DNA from: Oligoflexales bacterium
GTDB lineage: Bacteria > Bdellovibrionota_B > Oligoflexia > Oligoflexales > Bog-1112
DNA: 64,000 bases
Assembly (NCBI GenBank): GCA_045105515.1
Contig: JBGCDR010000045.1
Location: 11,720 to 75,719, forward strand
Direction: 5' to 3'
Of this stretch, positions 60,832 to 64,000 are shown piece after piece. Position numbers and translations under genes: made by a program. Every line of letters starts with the position of its first letter. Positions within the stretch are counted from its first letter, which is position 1. The notes below the pieces were generated by a model. It had not been told where the DNA came from. It searched no databases and worked only from the letters and a program-made list of their open reading frames with translations.

Positions 60832-61230
60832 TTGAAAAAATTTAGAGTCTTACTGATTGAAGATGATGATACTCAGAGAGAATTACTTAGTGAGACCATA
60901 CCATTTAAATCAAATCTAGATATTACTGTCACAACTGCAGAAGATGGCTTATGTGGAATTCAAAAATCCGAGTCAGAAAGTTATGATGTGGTTGTTACAG
61001 ATTATTATATGCCTAATTTGGATGGTCTTGAGTTCATCAAAAAATTTCGAGAACATGAAACTAATAAGAAGGTTCCGGTAATTTTCGTATCCGGATTCTT
61101 TTCAGAATTAGATACCGCAAATAATAAACAATATTTCGAAAATGTCACTTTTTTACAAAAACCTTTTTCGATTAACGACCTGATTAAGAAAGTAGACTTT
61201 TATTTGCTTGCTAAGGACCTTCCAGCTTAA
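60832..61230 (+). CDS. Single-domain response regulator
   Basis: LLIEDD, VTDYYMP, FVSG and LQKPF; TTG start after GGAGG. Confidence 0.9.
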   Translation: MKKFRVLLIEDDDTQRELLSETIPFKSNLDITVTTAEDGLCGIQKSESESYDVVVTDYYMPNLDGLEFIKKFREHETNKKVPVIFVSGFFSELDTANNKQYFENVTFLQKPFSINDLIKKVDFYLLAKDLPA

Positions 61231-61346
61231 GCTTTCATTCCAGTACGATCTTAAAAAAAGTCAGGTTTGAAAAAAGATTCTCCGCAAAGGGAGATCTGTA
61301 GGAATATTATTATAAATATTGTGGTAGGTTTGTTTTGTTTCTATTA

Positions 61347-62678
61347 CTACTTTGCTTTGAGTATTCTAATTTCATTGCGCTCATAGCTTGATATGATGGC
61401 TTCGTTGATCCCATCTTGATCAATGTCACTTACGAGCACAGCGCCCGCTTGACCAAAATTTTCAGCTAAAATATTGGTACTAAAACTTCCTGGCTCAGTT
61501 TGCTCTAGCCAAAAAACTCGATCGTCTCCGTCTCCAGAAACCAAAATATCTGTTAGGCCATTCCCACTCAAGTCACCAGTTCCAAAGATTCCTGGAGCTG
61601 CCTGGAGCATAAACATATTGCCAGGACGAGAAACAATTCCTTCAGAGATTCTAGTCCTTTTCCAGGGTTTTCGCGGGTCTTTGGGGATATCGTAAACATA
61701 AATGGCTGATTCCCAAGGATCAGGATTTCCCTTTTTCGTATTAGTGTGATTTGAGCCAATTGCCCTCACTACACCATCTCCATATAAGTCTTCGACAAAG
61801 CTCAATTGGATAGCTGGACCGACTTGATCATCGATAATATGTCTTTGCCAAATGCCATTTGGGTTTTTTTCTGATATAGGTGCAATTTGTTCAAGCCAAG
61901 CAAAAGAGGCAGCTTTGCCGTAAAAGTATTCCGCACTAGCGATGTCAAGTAGGCCATTATTATTAAGATCAATCAGGCTTGGAAGCGCACCTAGTCCTTC
62001 TGCAAGAGGGCGAGGTGTTGACTCAAAATAAGGGGGCTCTGGAATTCCTTTGAACCACATTGTGATGGCAGTATCCTTTATCCGCCCTAGAGGTCCAGAC
62101 TTACGCTCGCCAACAGTAATCATGTCCTCAATTCCATCGCCGGTTAAATCAACAAATTGAACTCCATGAAAGAATAGATGATAGCCAGGCTTAACAATGT
62201 CGTGTTTTTTGAATCCATTACCCGTATTTTCAAAGAGGGTGATCCCTCCGCAAGGTTTTCCAAAAGGGAGCATTTCACATACTAAAAAGCCACTTGGGAT
62301 AATGATATCTAGTTTCCCATTTTTGGTAACATCATGGACAAATGGTTTGTTCGGAAAGCGAATGCCGTCTGAAGGAGTTACTAAGGGGATTTTATCCCAT
62401 TGATCTAGACTAGATCCTTGCTTATAAATCGTTACTTCACCAGGAGGAACAGATACGCCGATTTTTCCAAATTTGGAAACAATGAGCTCTTCATGACCAT
62501 CCTGATTCAGGTCAGCAAGCTCTGCGAACGCAGGTCCGTTTGCGTTTTTGTCGATGGTAAACCTTTCGAAGGTAACATTACCATGCAGGTTTGAAGTAGA
62601 AAGAAAACTCAGGAGTGTTGCTGAAAATTTTAGAGATCTTAGGGTAAAACGTACCCAAGAAGAACATTTGGTAGCCAT
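61347..62678 (-). CDS. Secreted FG-GAP/VCBS-repeat beta-propeller protein
   Basis: Repeated DxxxDG/NG motifs (DLNQDG, DVTKNG, DLTGDG, DLNNNG, DLYGDG, DLSGNG, DIDQDG); ATG at 62678 after AAGGAGG. Confidence 0.85.
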   Translation of the reverse strand: MATKCSSWVRFTLRSLKFSATLLSFLSTSNLHGNVTFERFTIDKNANGPAFAELADLNQDGHEELIVSKFGKIGVSVPPGEVTIYKQGSSLDQWDKIPLVTPSDGIRFPNKPFVHDVTKNGKLDIIIPSGFLVCEMLPFGKPCGGITLFENTGNGFKKHDIVKPGYHLFFHGVQFVDLTGDGIEDMITVGERKSGPLGRIKDTAITMWFKGIPEPPYFESTPRPLAEGLGALPSLIDLNNNGLLDIASAEYFYGKAASFAWLEQIAPISEKNPNGIWQRHIIDDQVGPAIQLSFVEDLYGDGVVRAIGSNHTNTKKGNPDPWESAIYVYDIPKDPRKPWKRTRISEGIVSRPGNMFMLQAAPGIFGTGDLSGNGLTDILVSGDGDDRVFWLEQTEPGSFSTNILAENFGQAGAVLVSDIDQDGINEAIISSYERNEIRILKAK

Positions 62679-62967
62679 CTTGGCCTCCTTAACTCTTTGT
62701 TTTTTATACTGCTTTGTTGATTTTATTGTGGTCTGTTTTATTTCCACTGTCAATATTAATCCAGATGGAATGATGGAATTTTAAATTCTGCAGAATATTT
62801 TTGCTGTTAAATTATATGGACAAATTCTTCCTAGTCCACTGAATCAAGTTGTTTTCGAACTGCCTGATTTTTCGCTAATAATTTTTGGACGGATGTTTTT
62901 TTTGCAGCTAGGCATAGGCTCTACTATAATTGACATCAGTTAATATAGGGTCAAACAGGAGTAGTCT

Positions 62968-63534
62968 TTGGATCAGGATATCACCATTGGAGCCGGTCAA
63001 ACTCTTTTTAGACAAGGAGAGAAAGGTGGCGATCTTTATTTCATTAAAGCTGGTGAAGTCGAACTTAGTGTTAGAGATGAAGAAACAGGCAAGGAAGCTA
63101 TTGTTGCGATTTGCGGACCCAAGTCTGTGATTGGCACTATGTCATTTCTTGAAGACGAGCCCCGCAGTGCCTCGGCAAAAGTTAAGTCTGAAATCAAATG
63201 CACAAAGATTTCCCAACTGCAAAGAGACAGGATGATGAAAACCATACCCAATTGGTTTCGCATACTCGTGAAAGATTTATCGGGAAATATCAGAAGAACG
63301 AATAAAATTTTTATTAAACTGAATGCTGAAATAGACCTTTTAAAAAAGAAGGTAGGAGCGCGGGATAAGCAAAAATCTAAATTAGAGGCAGACTTAGAAA
63401 TATCTCGAACTCAAGCAGAAGACATTGGTGCGAAAGCGAAAAAAAAAGAAGAATCAATGCTTGAAGAAATCAAATCCTTGCAAAAAAAAGTTGTGAATTT
63501 GCAGGCTGAGCTAGCAAACCCTAAGAATTCCTGA
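62968..63534 (+). CDS. Cyclic-nucleotide-binding domain protein with a C-terminal coiled coil
   Basis: LFRQGEKGGDLYFIKAGEV and PRSASA; charged heptad tail and no HTH; TTG start after AGGAG. Confidence 0.85.
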   Translation: MDQDITIGAGQTLFRQGEKGGDLYFIKAGEVELSVRDEETGKEAIVAICGPKSVIGTMSFLEDEPRSASAKVKSEIKCTKISQLQRDRMMKTIPNWFRILVKDLSGNIRRTNKIFIKLNAEIDLLKKKVGARDKQKSKLEADLEISRTQAEDIGAKAKKKEESMLEEIKSLQKKVVNLQAELANPKNS

Positions 63535-63556
63535 AAAAATTCTCATGTAATTGTAT

Positions 63557-63880
63557 TCAGAGAGTGGAAGTTTTTTCAAAGTGTTTGACGAACAATTCGT
63601 CCAATAGTACCTGCCATTTTTTCCATGTCAGCTTGTTGTTTTTTTTCAGTACTTCACTCATGATTCCATATAATGGCTCTCCATTATCGTCAAATTCTGG
63701 GAGATGACCCCGGTTGAAAAGACAATGAAAAAGCTCATGATATATCAGCATCTTGAAACGCAACTCTTCTCCATCTCTAAATGCATCAGATCCATCTCTA
63801 TGAACTTCTATTTCCTTCCACCTAACACCATTATTTCCACCACCTATTTTTGGTTTCGCTAAGTAGTGTCTGGTCGGAAA
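63557..63880 (-). pseudogene. Zinc metallopeptidase (HExxH) fragment, possibly a disrupted gene
   Basis: HELFHCLFNRGH plus a GIM Met-turn; the frame stays open upstream of 63763 to a TAG at 63881-63883 with no further ATG/GTG/TTG. Confidence 0.4.
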
Positions 63881-64000
63881 CTAAATTCTTGCCTTTGCAA
63901 CTCAGTTTTTTTTATCGCGGTTGAAATTAATTTTAAAAAATCTTCTTATTTTCCAGTGATAAGTGAAAAATACCATATTTTCGGCAATTAAATATCTTCG

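Overview
A 64 kb window of an AT-rich Gram-negative bacterial chromosome. Gene content (FliM, hybrid CheA, receiver/TPR proteins, archaeal-type ProRS, histone-like protein) suggests a deltaproteobacteria-like lineage such as Bdellovibrionota/Oligoflexia; this is inference only. Housekeeping genes are trmO (partial), ade, proS, pepQ, fliM, guaB, guaA, dnaE, recJ, ridA, ctaA-like, tatA and yjbQ. No rRNA, tRNA, CRISPR array, integrase or transposase was seen. The strongest candidate for an undescribed system is a tightly coupled 12-gene operon (45616-60694). It joins a Lol-like export module (ABC ATPase, permease, LolA-like protein, outer-membrane protein) to a DAG-kinase-family enzyme, two reductases, a BtaA-like aminocarboxypropyl transferase without BtaB, an OleC-like adenylation enzyme, a UbiA-family transferase, a PEP-synthase-like phosphotransferase and a GNAT; it probably makes and exports an unusual lipid. 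Other notable items are a bipartite acidic/lysine-repeat histone-like protein, a stand-alone NrN-like DHH phosphodiesterase, a ferritin-like/ATP-grasp fusion, an apparently circularly permuted PilZ domain, a soluble duplicated-Cache receptor in a minimal che locus, a degenerate GNAT toxin-antitoxin-like pair behind a structured leader, paralogous pseudo-receiver/TPR proteins, a secreted PI4K/Fam20-like kinase and a catalytically dead SGNH hydrolase. All family calls come from motif recognition by eye; no searches were run.
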